Source: an uncultured Clostridia bacterium (lineage in GTDB: Bacteria; Bacillota; Clostridia; Christensenellales; UBA1242). From it: 64,000 nt of DNA. Below, piece after piece: positions 16,371 to 26,644 of this stretch. The stretch is from assembly GCA_934778205.1 (NCBI GenBank), contig CAKVOD010000001.1, positions 59,037 through 123,036 on the forward strand, given 5' to 3'. Positions within the stretch are counted from its first letter, which is position 1. Each line of letters starts with the position of its first letter. Made by a program: the position numbers and the translations under genes. The notes under the pieces were generated by a model. That model was not told the origin of the DNA. It searched no databases and saw nothing but the letters and a program-made list of their open reading frames with translations.

Positions 16371-17192
16371 CTAGTCTTTTTCGGTCAAATGGTTTTCGAC
16401 GGCGACGGAAAGTTTGATGTAGTCGTCGACGGACAATTTTTCGCCGCGAACTTGGTTTTTCAGTCCTGCGGCGGCAATGATTTGTTCGACTTCCGCTTTT
16501 TCAAGGTCGAACCCCATTTGCAGACAGTTGTTTAGTGTTTTTCGACGCCACATAAATGCGGATTTTACAACCTTTGCAAACATATCGCTATTTGGTATGT
16601 CATATTTGCTTGGATTAATTTTTAAATTGACAACTGCGCTATCGACCTTTGGTTGCGGGAAAAACATACTGCGGTTGACAATTCTTGTAACAGTTATATC
16701 GCACATACTTTGGAGCATAACACTAACTGCGCCGTATTCCTTGCTGCTAGTATTTGCAACAAAGCGTTCTGCAACCTCTTTTTGAACCATTAGCGTCATT
16801 GATGAAATATTGAAATTTTCTTCAAGTAAACGGAATATAATAGGCGTTGTAATGTAGTATGGCAAATTTGCGACTACTGCAAAAGTTTTGTCAAAGTGCG
16901 ACTCAATTTCCGCCCTATCAATGCGCATAAAGTCGCCAAAGATAAATTCGACATTTTTATGATTTGCGCGCACAAGTTCAAGATATGGTTTCAATTCCTT
17001 GTCAATTTCTATTGAAACAACCTTTTCGGCTTTGTCCGCCAAAACTTCGGTGAGCGTGCCTGCTCCTGCGCCGATTTCCAAAACCTGCGTTTGTGCGTCG
17101 ACGCCTGCGTCGTCTACGATGGCGTTCAACAAATTCTTGTCACTGATAAAGTTTTGCCCAAACTTTTTCTTGAAATCAAAATTAGTAATCAT
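16371..17192 (-). CDS. rsmA: 16S rRNA (adenine1518/1519-N6)-dimethyltransferase
   Basis: FGQNFISDKNLLNAIV, VLEIGAGAGTLTEVL, ANLPYYITTPI motifs. Confidence 0.9.
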   Translation of the reverse strand: MITNFDFKKKFGQNFISDKNLLNAIVDDAGVDAQTQVLEIGAGAGTLTEVLADKAEKVVSIEIDKELKPYLELVRANHKNVEFIFGDFMRIDRAEIESHFDKTFAVVANLPYYITTPIIFRLLEENFNISSMTLMVQKEVAERFVANTSSKEYGAVSVMLQSMCDITVTRIVNRSMFFPQPKVDSAVVNLKINPSKYDIPNSDMFAKVVKSAFMWRRKTLNNCLQMGFDLEKAEVEQIIAAAGLKNQVRGEKLSVDDYIKLSVAVENHLTEKD

Positions 17193-17806
17193 AGTTTTCC
17201 CTTTTCTTTCACTGCTTTACAAATTACATATCCCTTATGTTTGTCCAATATTTGACAATTTCCGTATATGCTGGCAATTTTTTTCATATATGTTTCAGCG
17301 CCCTGTTTTTTACGCAATACTGCATAAAATGCACCGTTATCCCGCAATTTTTGGTGACTTTCCTCAAAAAATTGAAACAATATCGCATTCCCGACGCGGA
17401 TTGGTGGATTTGTGATGACAAAATCATAATCGCTTTGTTCAATTGCTTTTGCAACATCCGAAACTACAACATTTGCGCTGATTCCGTTAAGTGCGATATT
17501 ATCTTTTGTGAGCGCAACGGCTCTTTCGTTGACGTCACACGCGGTCATTTGCACATCGCAATTTTTCGACAAAATAACAGTGATTGTACCATACCCACAA
17601 CCCAAGTCAAGTCCTGCGCCTTTCGGGCGTTCCATTTCAATAACCGTTTTCAGCAAAAACAATGTTCCGTCGTCAAGTTTACTTTTTGAAAACACGCCGT
17701 CTTGCGACTTGAATTTGTAGGTTTGTCCTAAAAAATCTTGCATTATCAACCGTTCTTTATGTTCGCGATTGTCATTTGTAAAATAGTGGTTAAACTGTTT
17801 TTCCAT
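17189..17806 (-). CDS. Class I SAM-dependent methyltransferase (MTS / RsmC-like small domain)
   Basis: FKSQDGVFSKSKLDDGTLFLL, GLDLGCGYGTI, VITNPPIRVG. Confidence 0.8.
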   Translation of the reverse strand: MEKQFNHYFTNDNREHKERLIMQDFLGQTYKFKSQDGVFSKSKLDDGTLFLLKTVIEMERPKGAGLDLGCGYGTITVILSKNCDVQMTACDVNERAVALTKDNIALNGISANVVVSDVAKAIEQSDYDFVITNPPIRVGNAILFQFFEESHQKLRDNGAFYAVLRKKQGAETYMKKIASIYGNCQILDKHKGYVICKAVKEKGKL

Positions 17807-18489
17807 TATTTGTCCTTTATATTTTCAATTTGCCAGTCTATTGGCGTTTTGCCGAGTTGTTTTAAAATTTCATTAGTTTTTGAAAAATGTTTACATCCAA
17901 AGAATCCGCTACTCGCCGAAAGGGGACTAGGATGCGGGGCGGTCAAAATATAATGTTTTGACGTATCAATGTTTTTCGCAAGCGCTTTTGCGTTGTTTCC
18001 CCACAAAAGAAAGATTACGGGGTCGTCACGCTGATTTAGTAGTTCTAGAACCTTGCCGACAATATGTTCCCACCCCATTCCTTGGTGTGAGTTCGCTTGC
18101 CCTTGTCGAACGGTCAACACGCTGTTTAGCAACAACACGCCTTGTTTTGCCCATTTCGTCAAATCGCCATTGTCGGGTATATAACAACCGCAATCATCGC
18201 GCAATTCTTTATATATGTTTTGCAGGCTTCGCGGAATTTCTACATCGGGCTGAACCGAAAAACAAAGTCCATTTGCCTGATTTGGTTGATGATATGGGTC
18301 CTGCCCGATTATGACAACTTTGACATCGTTATACGGAACGCAATTTAGCGCGTTGAACACATTTTCGGGTTTAGGATAAATGACGTGACTTTGATATTCC
18401 ATTGTCAAAAAGCGCGTCAATTTTTTGTAATATTCTTTGTCAAATTCATCTTTCAAAAGTTCAAACCACGATTGTCTTATTGGAAACAT
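17806..18489 (-). CDS. ung: Uracil-DNA glycosylase
   Basis: VVIIGQDPYHQPNQANGLCFSV, GVLLLNSVLTV, HPSPLSA motifs. Confidence 0.92.
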   Translation of the reverse strand: MFPIRQSWFELLKDEFDKEYYKKLTRFLTMEYQSHVIYPKPENVFNALNCVPYNDVKVVIIGQDPYHQPNQANGLCFSVQPDVEIPRSLQNIYKELRDDCGCYIPDNGDLTKWAKQGVLLLNSVLTVRQGQANSHQGMGWEHIVGKVLELLNQRDDPVIFLLWGNNAKALAKNIDTSKHYILTAPHPSPLSASSGFFGCKHFSKTNEILKQLGKTPIDWQIENIKDK

Positions 18490-18526
18490 TCTTTCTCCTT
18501 CTTTATTATCTACTTCATTTAATTCC

Positions 18527-18706
18527 CCCTTCCGGGAGATTTCTCCGCGTCGGCGAGGGCTGACGCCTCCGCCTTTGGTCGAAATGACAACGGGGGTGTG
18601 TTGCTTATCACAATTTTAACGTACAAAGTATGTAGCGTGCACTCGCCAAACCTGAACCTGTGGCGTTTGCCATTGGTCGAAATGACAGCGGACGATGCGT
18701 GTCCGC
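18527..18706 (+). repeat. Intergenic repeat family B
   Basis: cccttccgggagatttctccgc-hairpin-ggtcgaaatgacaa ... gcactcgccaaacctgaacctgtggcgtttgccattggtcgaaatgaca, then hairpin gcggac/gtccgc. Confidence 0.75.
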
Positions 18707-18752
18707 TATAATAAATTTAATACAGTAAAATTATAATTTAATACAACAAATT

Positions 18753-21700
18753 TCACTCGCCTTGCGGTTCGGTTGCAACGACAGTTAGCGTCCCACTAAT
18801 GCAACTTATATCGTAATTGTCGTTATTTTTTGTGATTGTAATTGTTATTTCGTGCGTACCAACTGTCGTTTCAGCGCAAGAAAGTTCAAACTGAATGTCG
18901 TCATTCAAAATGCTGTCGCCTGAAATTGTATACTCAAATTTTGGCGTTTGCCCTTCGGTAATTTCAAGGTTAGTTGCAGTGATTGTAAGCACGCGTTTTG
19001 TAATTACAAGTGTTCCACTTTCAATTGTCACATTAAAGTGGTCACTTGTATTTTGTAGAGTTGCAGTGATTTCATATTCGCCCACATTTTCGCCTGCGGT
19101 GCGCGTATACGTCAAAACGATTTCATCGCCGTCCAAAAGTTGATCGCCCTCATCAAGTTTTGTGAAACTAAATGTCGGGTCGACTTCGCCATATTTTTTG
19201 ATGGCGTTGTCAATTTTAACTTTGTACTCGCGCGCCATAATTTCATACTGAGCGCCGTTGATTGTCACGTTGTAGTTGTGTTTATCGTCCTTTTCAGCAG
19301 TTGTACAAACAATATCATAGGTGCCGACCGCTGTTTCTTCGCCCAAAACAAGGATATACAAGTTTGACGGGTCTTGCAAAAAGACTTCGTCCGTTCCCTC
19401 GCCAAAACTGCAAGTAAATTCTTTTTCTTCGCCATACTTAAATTTCTTTGCATCTAAGTTTATGATGACATCTGCTTGTTTGATAGTGAGTTTTGCACCG
19501 TCGCAAATGATTTTGTAGTTCTCACTGCCCTCACTTTCAATGAGTTCAAGATTGATTGTTTGTTCGCCAACATCTAGTGACATGACAACATAACGGAATT
19601 TTATGTTGTGCGCAAGTTTACCCTTATCCACAATCGTTTCTACCTTTGGCGCCACTTTGTGCCCATAAATTATTTCGCTATCTTCAATCGTCGCAACTAT
19701 TTCGGCTTGTTTGACGGTTAATTTCCCCTCATCAATTGAAACGACGTAGTTATTTTTTCCTTCGGGTAGCACGGGATTTATGACAATGCGATACTCGCCA
19801 ACGGTATTTGGATATCCATTCATTTCGTTGCCTGCCATATCATAGTAATGATACTCAAAACTTACTTTGTCCGCATTCGGGTTTTCGGACAAATACTGAC
19901 TACCTGCTTTATACTGTATTTCCCACGAAAAACTATCCCCATAATAAACTTCTATATCCTTTGCTTTCAGCAAAATATACGCTTCGCGAATTTCAAGTGT
20001 TCCTTTTGAAAACTCAATTTCGTAATTTGGAACTTCCGCTTTAAGCGACGCGGTTATGTCATATTCTCCGACGTCGTTTTCCCACGGCAAGTTTACAGCA
20101 ACATTGCTCAAAATGTTGATATTTTCAACATTGGGGTCACTCTTTTTCTCGTTCAAAACGCAAGTTATGTTAGTGGAGTCAGGGTTTTGGTAGTATGCCA
20201 TTGATAGTGAGCCGATATTGTAATATAAATACCTTTTTCTTATTGTCAAAACGCCTGTTTCTGTCGAAATTGTGTAGTTTTTGTCCTCTTTAGTGATTTC
20301 AAGCGAAACAGTGTATGTTCCAACGATAGTGCCTTCAGGTCGCGTGAAATTGAATTGCAAACTGTTATCCTCTTGCAATGGGTCACCTTGTGGGTCAACT
20401 GTAAATGTGTAATTTGGCTCAGGGTCTGCATAAGGAATCGTGACATCGTCCACTTTAAGCGTTACAAGCGCTGGCGTGATTGTAAAAATTCCTTCTTCTG
20501 TGTTTATGATATAATTTTTCTTTTCTTGAGTGCCTTTAGGCGTTATTATGTATGAACCGACGTCTTCGCCCGCGCTCCTTGCAAGTAAAATTTGAACTTC
20601 GCCCTCAACTGGCAAATCGTAAATTTCCGATTCAAATTTATAAGTAAATTCTGGGTCATTTTGCCCATATCGTTTTGTTGCTTCTTCCGCAATTACACAA
20701 ATTTCACGACGATTTATATTGAGAGTGCCTTTAACAATGTTCAAGCGGTAGTTTTTGAGGTTAACATCACAAACGGCATTGATTGTATACTTGCCTGCGT
20801 CCTCGCCTTCCTCGCGAACTAAATTAATCTCAATCGCGTCGTCATAGAACAATTTTGAGTGGTCGGTTGTGTTTTGTGAATTATATAGTGTGTATGAATA
20901 CTCTGGCTCGTCAAATTTATATGTTTTTTCTGCATTCGCAACCGTAATGGTCAAATTTGCTTGCCATACATTGACTCTTGCATTGTTGTATGTCAACTCG
21001 TAGTCATTTGTCGTTGCGGTGCAACTCAAATTGTAAAGCCCCGCATCGCGCAAGTCCTCAGGGTATTCAATAGTGATGCCCAAATCTTCCATCGTGTCGT
21101 CGTTTTTCAGCCCGATGACGCTATAACTAATTGCGCTGGGCGTACAACCATAATAAAAAGATGAAACACTAACATTAACCTGCGCACTTGCTTTGCGAAT
21201 GTAGAAATTGCCTTCAATGAACTTTACGTCATAATTTGTAGCATTTTCGCCACTTGCAACAAATTTTTGCGATTCGATTATTTTATAATTTCCCGCTCTT
21301 TCGCCTACTTCACGTGAAAGGTCACCAGAAATTACAACGCCCTCGTCGTAAATTTGCCCCTCAATTCGTTTTGTGAGCGCAACATCACTTGCGCCATAAA
21401 CTTTTTCCTTGTTGTCGGCTTTGACTTCAATCGTTTGTGGTTCTATGACAAGCGTAACAGTGCTTTCGCCGACATAGTTTGCCGTGTTTACAGATGCTTT
21501 GACCATATAGGTGCCAGCGTCAGTTGGCGGAGTGGTAGTTGCGACAGATTCGCCTTCTTTTATATATTCATAAACTACATTATCATAGTCGTTTGTGACT
21601 TCAACCGCTTGTGGTGTTGCATTGTAGGTGCGCGTAATAACACCATTGATTGCTTCGCCAAAACGCAAGTTTAGCGAACCCGTTGTAATTTCAAACGTCA

Positions 21701-22025
21701 CGGACTTTGTTATGTTTCCGTCCAACGCGCGCGCAAAAATTGTTATGCGCCCCGCACCTAATGTTTCGACCGAAATGAGCGTGTCGCTGATTTCTTCAAT
21801 TTTTATCAAATCATTTTGTGGCGTCCACCATTCAACGCGTTTGTCAGATGCTGTTTCAGGCTTGAAAACGACCTGCAATTCAAATGTTTCGCCGACAGCA
21901 ACCGTTTGCGATGGTAAACCCTCAATTTCAATGTCGTCGAGCGAAACTTCATTACACCCAACAAACATCAAACTTGTAACGAATATTGCTAGACTCAACC
22001 CAAAATATTTAAGAAAATTTTTCAT
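18753..22025 (-). CDS. Large surface lipoprotein with Big_2-like N-terminal domains and many MBG (YGx-type) repeats
   Basis: Start at MKNFLKYFGLSLAIFVTSLMFVGC (lipobox; GGGGTGGA RBS). Recurring K.YG..DP.(F/L)(T/S) ... R..GE.VG.Y.I units (KVYGASDVALT, KRYGQNDPEFTY, KKYGEVDPTFSF). Confidence 0.75.
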   Translation of the reverse strand: MKNFLKYFGLSLAIFVTSLMFVGCNEVSLDDIEIEGLPSQTVAVGETFELQVVFKPETASDKRVEWWTPQNDLIKIEEISDTLISVETLGAGRITIFARALDGNITKSVTFEITTGSLNLRFGEAINGVITRTYNATPQAVEVTNDYDNVVYEYIKEGESVATTTPPTDAGTYMVKASVNTANYVGESTVTLVIEPQTIEVKADNKEKVYGASDVALTKRIEGQIYDEGVVISGDLSREVGERAGNYKIIESQKFVASGENATNYDVKFIEGNFYIRKASAQVNVSVSSFYYGCTPSAISYSVIGLKNDDTMEDLGITIEYPEDLRDAGLYNLSCTATTNDYELTYNNARVNVWQANLTITVANAEKTYKFDEPEYSYTLYNSQNTTDHSKLFYDDAIEINLVREEGEDAGKYTINAVCDVNLKNYRLNIVKGTLNINRREICVIAEEATKRYGQNDPEFTYKFESEIYDLPVEGEVQILLARSAGEDVGSYIITPKGTQEKKNYIINTEEGIFTITPALVTLKVDDVTIPYADPEPNYTFTVDPQGDPLQEDNSLQFNFTRPEGTIVGTYTVSLEITKEDKNYTISTETGVLTIRKRYLYYNIGSLSMAYYQNPDSTNITCVLNEKKSDPNVENINILSNVAVNLPWENDVGEYDITASLKAEVPNYEIEFSKGTLEIREAYILLKAKDIEVYYGDSFSWEIQYKAGSQYLSENPNADKVSFEYHYYDMAGNEMNGYPNTVGEYRIVINPVLPEGKNNYVVSIDEGKLTVKQAEIVATIEDSEIIYGHKVAPKVETIVDKGKLAHNIKFRYVVMSLDVGEQTINLELIESEGSENYKIICDGAKLTIKQADVIINLDAKKFKYGEEKEFTCSFGEGTDEVFLQDPSNLYILVLGEETAVGTYDIVCTTAEKDDKHNYNVTINGAQYEIMAREYKVKIDNAIKKYGEVDPTFSFTKLDEGDQLLDGDEIVLTYTRTAGENVGEYEITATLQNTSDHFNVTIESGTLVITKRVLTITATNLEITEGQTPKFEYTISGDSILNDDIQFELSCAETTVGTHEITITITKNNDNYDISCISGTLTVVATEPQGE

Positions 22026-22120
22026 TTGTGTCCACCCCAAATTTATTTACTTTTAGTATATCACAAAAAAGACTTTATTTGCAAACATTTTGTATATTTT
22101 TACCTCTTTAGTATAAGCAG

Positions 22121-22163
22121 AAAAAGTTATCCACAATTACAAAAACATTGTGGATAACTTTTT
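22121..22163. terminator. Bidirectional terminator hairpin (17-bp stem) built from inverted perfect DnaA-box 9-mers
   Basis: Stem aaaaagttatccacaat / attgtggataacttttt. ttatccaca at 22127-22135 and tgtggataa at 22149-22157. A/T runs on both sides. Confidence 0.65.
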
Positions 22164-22907
22164 TTAAAATGCGCCGTACATTCCCCCGTCGATGCGGATA
22201 ACTTCATTATTGATGAAATCGGCTTTATTTGAGGCAAGGAACAATACAAGATTTGCAACATCTTGTTCCGTGCCTGCTCTGTGCAAGAATATTTTTTCTT
22301 CTTCCGATTTTATAAAATCTTCGCTCATATCCTTGATTTCGCTTTGCGTTGCGATAAACCCTGGCGCGATGGCGTTCACGTTGATATAAGGCGCAAATTG
22401 CATTGCAAGATTGTGCGTCAGCGAAATTATACCCGCTTTGGACGCGTCATAGTCAAAGCACATTGGATAATAGGTGTTAATGCCATTTGTGCTTGCAATG
22501 TTGATAATCTTTCCACATTTTTTCTCAAGCATAAACTCGCCCACTGTTTTACTGACAATAAAGGTGCCGACCAAATTTACATCTAGCACACGCTTAAAGT
22601 CGTCAATGCTTTTGTCACGAAACAACGTATCTATTGCAATGCTTGCATTGTTGACCAAAACGTCGATTTGTCCAAACTGTTTGATTGTTTGGTAAACGAC
22701 TTCCTTGACTCGCTGTTCACACGCTATATCACATTGAAAAACTACACATTTGCTGTTCAATTTTTCGATTTCGGCCTTGACTTCATTTGCTAGCGCTTCA
22801 TTTTCAAAATATGTCAGCGCGACGTCAAATCCATTTTTGGCAAACTCTATTGCGGTTGTTCTTCCTATTCCGCGACTTGCCCCTGTTATAAAAACTATTC
22901 TCCTCAT
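22164..22907 (-). CDS. SDR family oxidoreductase (FabG-like)
   Basis: ITGASRGIGRTTA, NNASI and YDASKAG catalytic motifs. Confidence 0.85.
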   Translation of the reverse strand: MRRIVFITGASRGIGRTTAIEFAKNGFDVALTYFENEALANEVKAEIEKLNSKCVVFQCDIACEQRVKEVVYQTIKQFGQIDVLVNNASIAIDTLFRDKSIDDFKRVLDVNLVGTFIVSKTVGEFMLEKKCGKIINIASTNGINTYYPMCFDYDASKAGIISLTHNLAMQFAPYINVNAIAPGFIATQSEIKDMSEDFIKSEEEKIFLHRAGTEQDVANLVLFLASNKADFINNEVIRIDGGMYGAF

Positions 22908-22916
22908 TTATTCTCC

Positions 22917-23132
22917 CTGCGGGGATAGCCCCGCCGCTGCAGGTACTGTCTCTACGCCTCATCTACTTTCATAGGCGGCGTGCTATTCCCCCCTTTCTAC
23001 ATAGTCTAGTTCTCGGTGCGGTGCGAAAGCGCACTGCTGTGGTTACTGTAAGTACTCGCTATCTGCTTTCATAGACGGCGTACTTTTTCGCTTTCTATTA
23101 GTTTGTCTCGGTGCGATAGCGCACTGCTACAA
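22917..23132 (-). repeat. REP/BIME-like mosaic intergenic repeat array (family A, inverted orientation)
   Basis: gcggggatagccccgccgctgcaggtactgtc...; gtgcgaaagcgcactgctgtgg; ggtgcgatagcgcactgCTACaa; linkers ..ctttcataggcggcgt.. and ..ctttcatagacggcgtac.. Confidence 0.75.
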
Positions 23133-23164
23133 ATAACGCTTTTGCAAAAATGCAAAAGCGTTAT
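23133..23164 (-). terminator. Hairpin downstream of efp
   Basis: 14-bp stem ataacgcttttgca/tgcaaaagcgttat with a 4-nt loop. T-tract is weak. Confidence 0.5.
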
Positions 23165-23174
23165 GAATGGCACA

Positions 23175-23729
23175 CTACGCGCGCGAAAAGTATTTTCCGT
23201 CACAAGTTGTGACAATGATTTTTTCGCCTTCCTTGATAAAGTCAGGAACTCTCAATTTGAGCCCTGTTTCAACAACTGCTTCTTTTGTAGGTTTTGTTGC
23301 AGTCGAAGAAAGCGTCGATGGGTCTACGCTGACAACTGTCATTTCCAATTTTTCTGGAATAATAATTCCCAACAATTCGCCATTGAATGTGACAATGTCG
23401 ACACTGTTATTTTCAATCAAAAAATCTTTGTTTTCTGCAATTCTTTCAGCAGGAATTTCAGATTGTTCAAATGTTTCGTTGTCCATAAAGTAATATGTTT
23501 CGCCGTCGTTATAAAGATATTGCGCATTGCGACGTGAAATGTGCGCTTCCTCACATTTATAGTTTGTGTTAAAGTTGCGGTCGATTGTGACGCCTGTTTT
23601 AACTTTTTTGATTCTTGTGCTCATAAATGCAGCACCTTTGCCGGGTTTTACGTGCAAAAAGTCGATTACTTGATAAAGTTCGCCATCAATCAAAACGTGC
23701 ATACCCTTTTTTACTTCTGATATTTCCAT
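23175..23729 (-). CDS. efp: Elongation factor P
   Basis: VLIDGELYQVIDFLHVKPGKGAAFMSTRIKKVKTG ... YLYNDGETYYFMDNETFEQ. Confidence 0.92.
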   Translation of the reverse strand: MEISEVKKGMHVLIDGELYQVIDFLHVKPGKGAAFMSTRIKKVKTGVTIDRNFNTNYKCEEAHISRRNAQYLYNDGETYYFMDNETFEQSEIPAERIAENKDFLIENNSVDIVTFNGELLGIIIPEKLEMTVVSVDPSTLSSTATKPTKEAVVETGLKLRVPDFIKEGEKIIVTTCDGKYFSRA

Positions 23730-23823
23730 TTGTTATCATTCTCCTAAAATTTATATACTATTTTACCCGAAAAACCCCTCATTTGTCAAGGGGTTTCACT
23801 CAAAAAAGCAATATTTGCTTTGA

Positions 23824-24798
23824 TTATTTTTCAATTTTTTCAACTTTTGCATCTAACTGGCAAGGGTGCGATTTAATATATTGTTGCCATTTTATTAGCC
23901 CATAAAGGGAGTTCATCAAATATCCGAGCGAAAGCACAAGCATTATGTATTGTCCGCTCAAAATCCACATAATTGCTTCGACAATTGCAACGCCAATCCA
24001 CGGCAACCATTGTTCCCTAAACCTGAACACCAAAAATAGTCCGTTGCACACGCTAAACGTGTTTGCGAGCGCGTCGAGGTACCACCAATTTGGCATACTT
24101 TCTGCAAGCGCACCAATTGTTGTGAAAAGTAACCCCGTGACAACTGAAACAATCAATACGCCGACAAAGATTGCTAGGTCGCGCGCATAATTGACTTTTT
24201 TAACAACTGTGAGTGTATGATTTTTTGCGTCCGCTTGTTTTGTCCATTGGTAGAACGAAACCCACAAAATAGGTATCCAGAAAATGAGTTCGAACAATGC
24301 ACTAATATAAAGCCCGTTTGCAAAGTAAACGATTGTTTGTGTTGAATCATAAAGTATAAATGAAACCACAAACGCCCAGCGCGATTGCTTGCTCAACAAC
24401 AATTCGCACGAACAACCGCCAATAATGACGATGATTTCAACAACGCGCAACCAACTCGGTTGACTTGCATCTTCAGGAAAGAAAATTCCAAGCAAAATTC
24501 CTATTGTGCAAATTGAAATCAACCATATTTTTTCATATAGCGAATAATATTTCCAAAGCCTGACTAGCCAGTTTGCACGCTTTTGCTCCTTTGATTTGTT
24601 TTTTGTTTTTTTGGATTCATCATTCGCTTTTGTTTCTTCACGCGGTGACGCTTGTGCAACATTCCCCGCTTGTGTCATTTCATCTTGTTGCAAAGTTTGC
24701 GTTTCGGGTTCTTCGACTTCGCCCGCTCTGCCCTCTGCATTTGATAAATTAGAGTTGTTTTCCTTGTTTTCTAATTTTTCATTTGTTTTCATAATCAA
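23824..24798 (-). CDS. pnuC: Nicotinamide riboside transporter PnuC family, with a long hydrophilic N-terminal extension
   Basis: C-terminal pattern NGLFLVFRFREQWLPWIGVAIVEAIMWILSGQY...YLMNSLYGLIKW. Multiple TM segments and a roughly 85-aa charged N-terminus. Confidence 0.7.
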   Translation of the reverse strand: MIMKTNEKLENKENNSNLSNAEGRAGEVEEPETQTLQQDEMTQAGNVAQASPREETKANDESKKTKNKSKEQKRANWLVRLWKYYSLYEKIWLISICTIGILLGIFFPEDASQPSWLRVVEIIVIIGGCSCELLLSKQSRWAFVVSFILYDSTQTIVYFANGLYISALFELIFWIPILWVSFYQWTKQADAKNHTLTVVKKVNYARDLAIFVGVLIVSVVTGLLFTTIGALAESMPNWWYLDALANTFSVCNGLFLVFRFREQWLPWIGVAIVEAIMWILSGQYIMLVLSLGYLMNSLYGLIKWQQYIKSHPCQLDAKVEKIEK

Positions 24799-24884
24799 TT
24801 CTCCCTTTTTTTAACAAAATATAATAAAAATAGCGCCGTTATGTACAAAGCACTAAACTTTACTATTTTCATTGTAACTTTGCT

Positions 24885-24913
24885 ATTATACCACTTGTTT
24901 AAAATTAAGTCAA
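24885..24913 (-). promoter_or_regulatory. Sigma-A-type promoter for pnuC
   Basis: On the minus strand: TTGACT, 17 nt, TGgTATAAT. Confidence 0.5.
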
Positions 24914-25087
24914 CCACTACTTGCTTGCTCTAGTTTTCATAACTTGCTCAAAGTTATTTACTTATTTGCAAAAATATGATATTATTTATATTATAAATTA
25001 AAAAAATACACTTTTTGTTGCAAATTTCATATTTTTGAGTGATTTTATCTCCCAAAAACTAAACTTTGCAACAATTTTAGAGGAAAT

Positions 25088-26338
25088 ATGTATAATCAAT
25101 TAGAAATTTCAAACGAACTTTTAGACCTTGTTGCGCAAGCAGAACAAGAGTTACAACCTATATTTAAGCAATTTGACGAAATATGTTTGTACAACAGTGC
25201 AAAAGTTTTGAAAGCATTTGGCGAAGTGAAATTGACTTGCACGGACTTTTGCGAAAACACAGGTTATGGATATTACGACGTCGGGCGCGACAAACTTGAA
25301 CGCGTTTATTCGCAAATCTTCCACACCGAAGATGCGCTCGTTCGTCCACAAATTATGTCAGGAACACACGCGCTTTCGCTCACATTTTTTGGACTGCTCA
25401 AACACGGCGACACACTCATTTCAATCACGGGAGAACCTTACGACTCGCTAAAAAGCATAATAGGCTTGACGGGCGAAAGTCGTAACTCCCTTATGGCACA
25501 CGGCGTAAATTATGAACAAATTGACCTAATCGACGACGACTTTGATATTGAAAAAATTGTCGCAAGACTAAAAGAATCACCTGTCAAAATGGTCGAAATT
25601 CAACGCTCCCGCGGATATAGCGCACGCTTGAGTTTGAGTGTCGAAAAAATTGAACGCGCGTGCAAAGCAATTCGTGAAGTTGACAAAAATGTCATCATAA
25701 TGGTCGACAACTGCTATGGCGACTTTGTGGAAATACGCGAACCAACTGAAGTTGGCGCCGATATTTTGGTCGGCTCATTGATGAAAAACCTCGGCGCTGG
25801 GCAAGCAAAAACTGGTGGCTACATTGTCGGCAAAGCAGAATATGTACACGATGTGGCTGAGCGCTTTTCAGCACCGTGCGTTGCAAAGGACGTCGGCGCA
25901 AACCTCAATCAATTGATGTCGTTTTTCAAAGGCATATACCACGCTCCAAGCGTTGTAAATGCAAGCCTCAAAACAATGACTCTTGCAAGCAACCTACTAG
26001 AAAAGTTAGGCTACAAAGTCAGTCCGCGTTTTGACGAACAACGTTGCGACATCGTGCAAACAATTCAGTTGCATTCAGCTGATGAACTCATTGAATTTTG
26101 CCGTGGAATTCAAAAAGGCGTCGCTCTTGAAAATTATGTCACCCTAATGCCTAGCCCGATGCCAGGGTATCCACACGAGGAGATTATGGCGAGTGGAAGT
26201 TTTATCTCAGGTTCGACAATCGAACTCAGTTGCGACGGACCTATTTGTCCACCTTATACTGCCTATATGCAAGGTGGCTTAACATACGAATACGGCAAAC
26301 TTGGACTACTAATTGCACTCACTAATTTAAAGAAATGA
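25088..26338 (+). CDS. PLP-dependent enzyme of the Met_gamma_lyase / YnbB (aluminium-resistance) family
   Basis: 416 aa. GYGYYDVGRDKLERVYSQIF, MSGTHALSLTFFGLLKHGD, ...GSLMKNLGAG (the K of MKN is the candidate PLP lysine). Confidence 0.7.
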   Translation: MYNQLEISNELLDLVAQAEQELQPIFKQFDEICLYNSAKVLKAFGEVKLTCTDFCENTGYGYYDVGRDKLERVYSQIFHTEDALVRPQIMSGTHALSLTFFGLLKHGDTLISITGEPYDSLKSIIGLTGESRNSLMAHGVNYEQIDLIDDDFDIEKIVARLKESPVKMVEIQRSRGYSARLSLSVEKIERACKAIREVDKNVIIMVDNCYGDFVEIREPTEVGADILVGSLMKNLGAGQAKTGGYIVGKAEYVHDVAERFSAPCVAKDVGANLNQLMSFFKGIYHAPSVVNASLKTMTLASNLLEKLGYKVSPRFDEQRCDIVQTIQLHSADELIEFCRGIQKGVALENYVTLMPSPMPGYPHEEIMASGSFISGSTIELSCDGPICPPYTAYMQGGLTYEYGKLGLLIALTNLKK

Positions 26339-26384
26339 CAATTGAGTGAGTACCTTACCACACCATAATGTTAATTGGTTGCGG

Positions 26385-26630
26385 GAACAGCACCTGAAGC
26401 AGTACGCTTTCACACAAAAAAGGTACATAGCAATTCAACTATGCACCCAAAAAAGTATAGTGCCACTCGCCAAACTTACAGCAGCGGCCTATGCCACTAG
26501 TGGCGTTTGCCACGACAACTAAAATTACATAGAACGCACGCAAGTACGCCGTCCTTAAAAATTCACTTAGACGTAGGAACAGTGCCTGCACCAGTGGCGT
26601 TTGCCACCAGCCGCGGGGTAATCCCCGCCC
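26385..26630 (+). repeat. REP/BIME-like mosaic intergenic repeat array (family A)
   Basis: gccactcgccaaacttacagcagcggcctatgccac ta gtggcgtttgccac ... agtacgccgtccttaaaaattcacttagacgtaggaacagtgcctgcacca gtggcgtttgccac cagcc gcggggtaatccccgc. Confidence 0.75.
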
Positions 26631-26644
26631 ACAAAGGAGAAATT

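Noticed and set aside
24799-24884. The roughly 95-nt 5' UTR of pnuC considered as a pnuC-motif / NAD-type riboswitch
   Set aside because: I cannot recall or verify the motif consensus well enough to match it by eye. A covariance-model scan against Rfam would be needed.
26507-26644. N-terminal extension of the YcxB-like ORF (track start 26507)
   Set aside because: The extension is translated from the REP-like repeat array (Pro/Ala/Thr-rich junk). A good RBS precedes the ATG at 26645.
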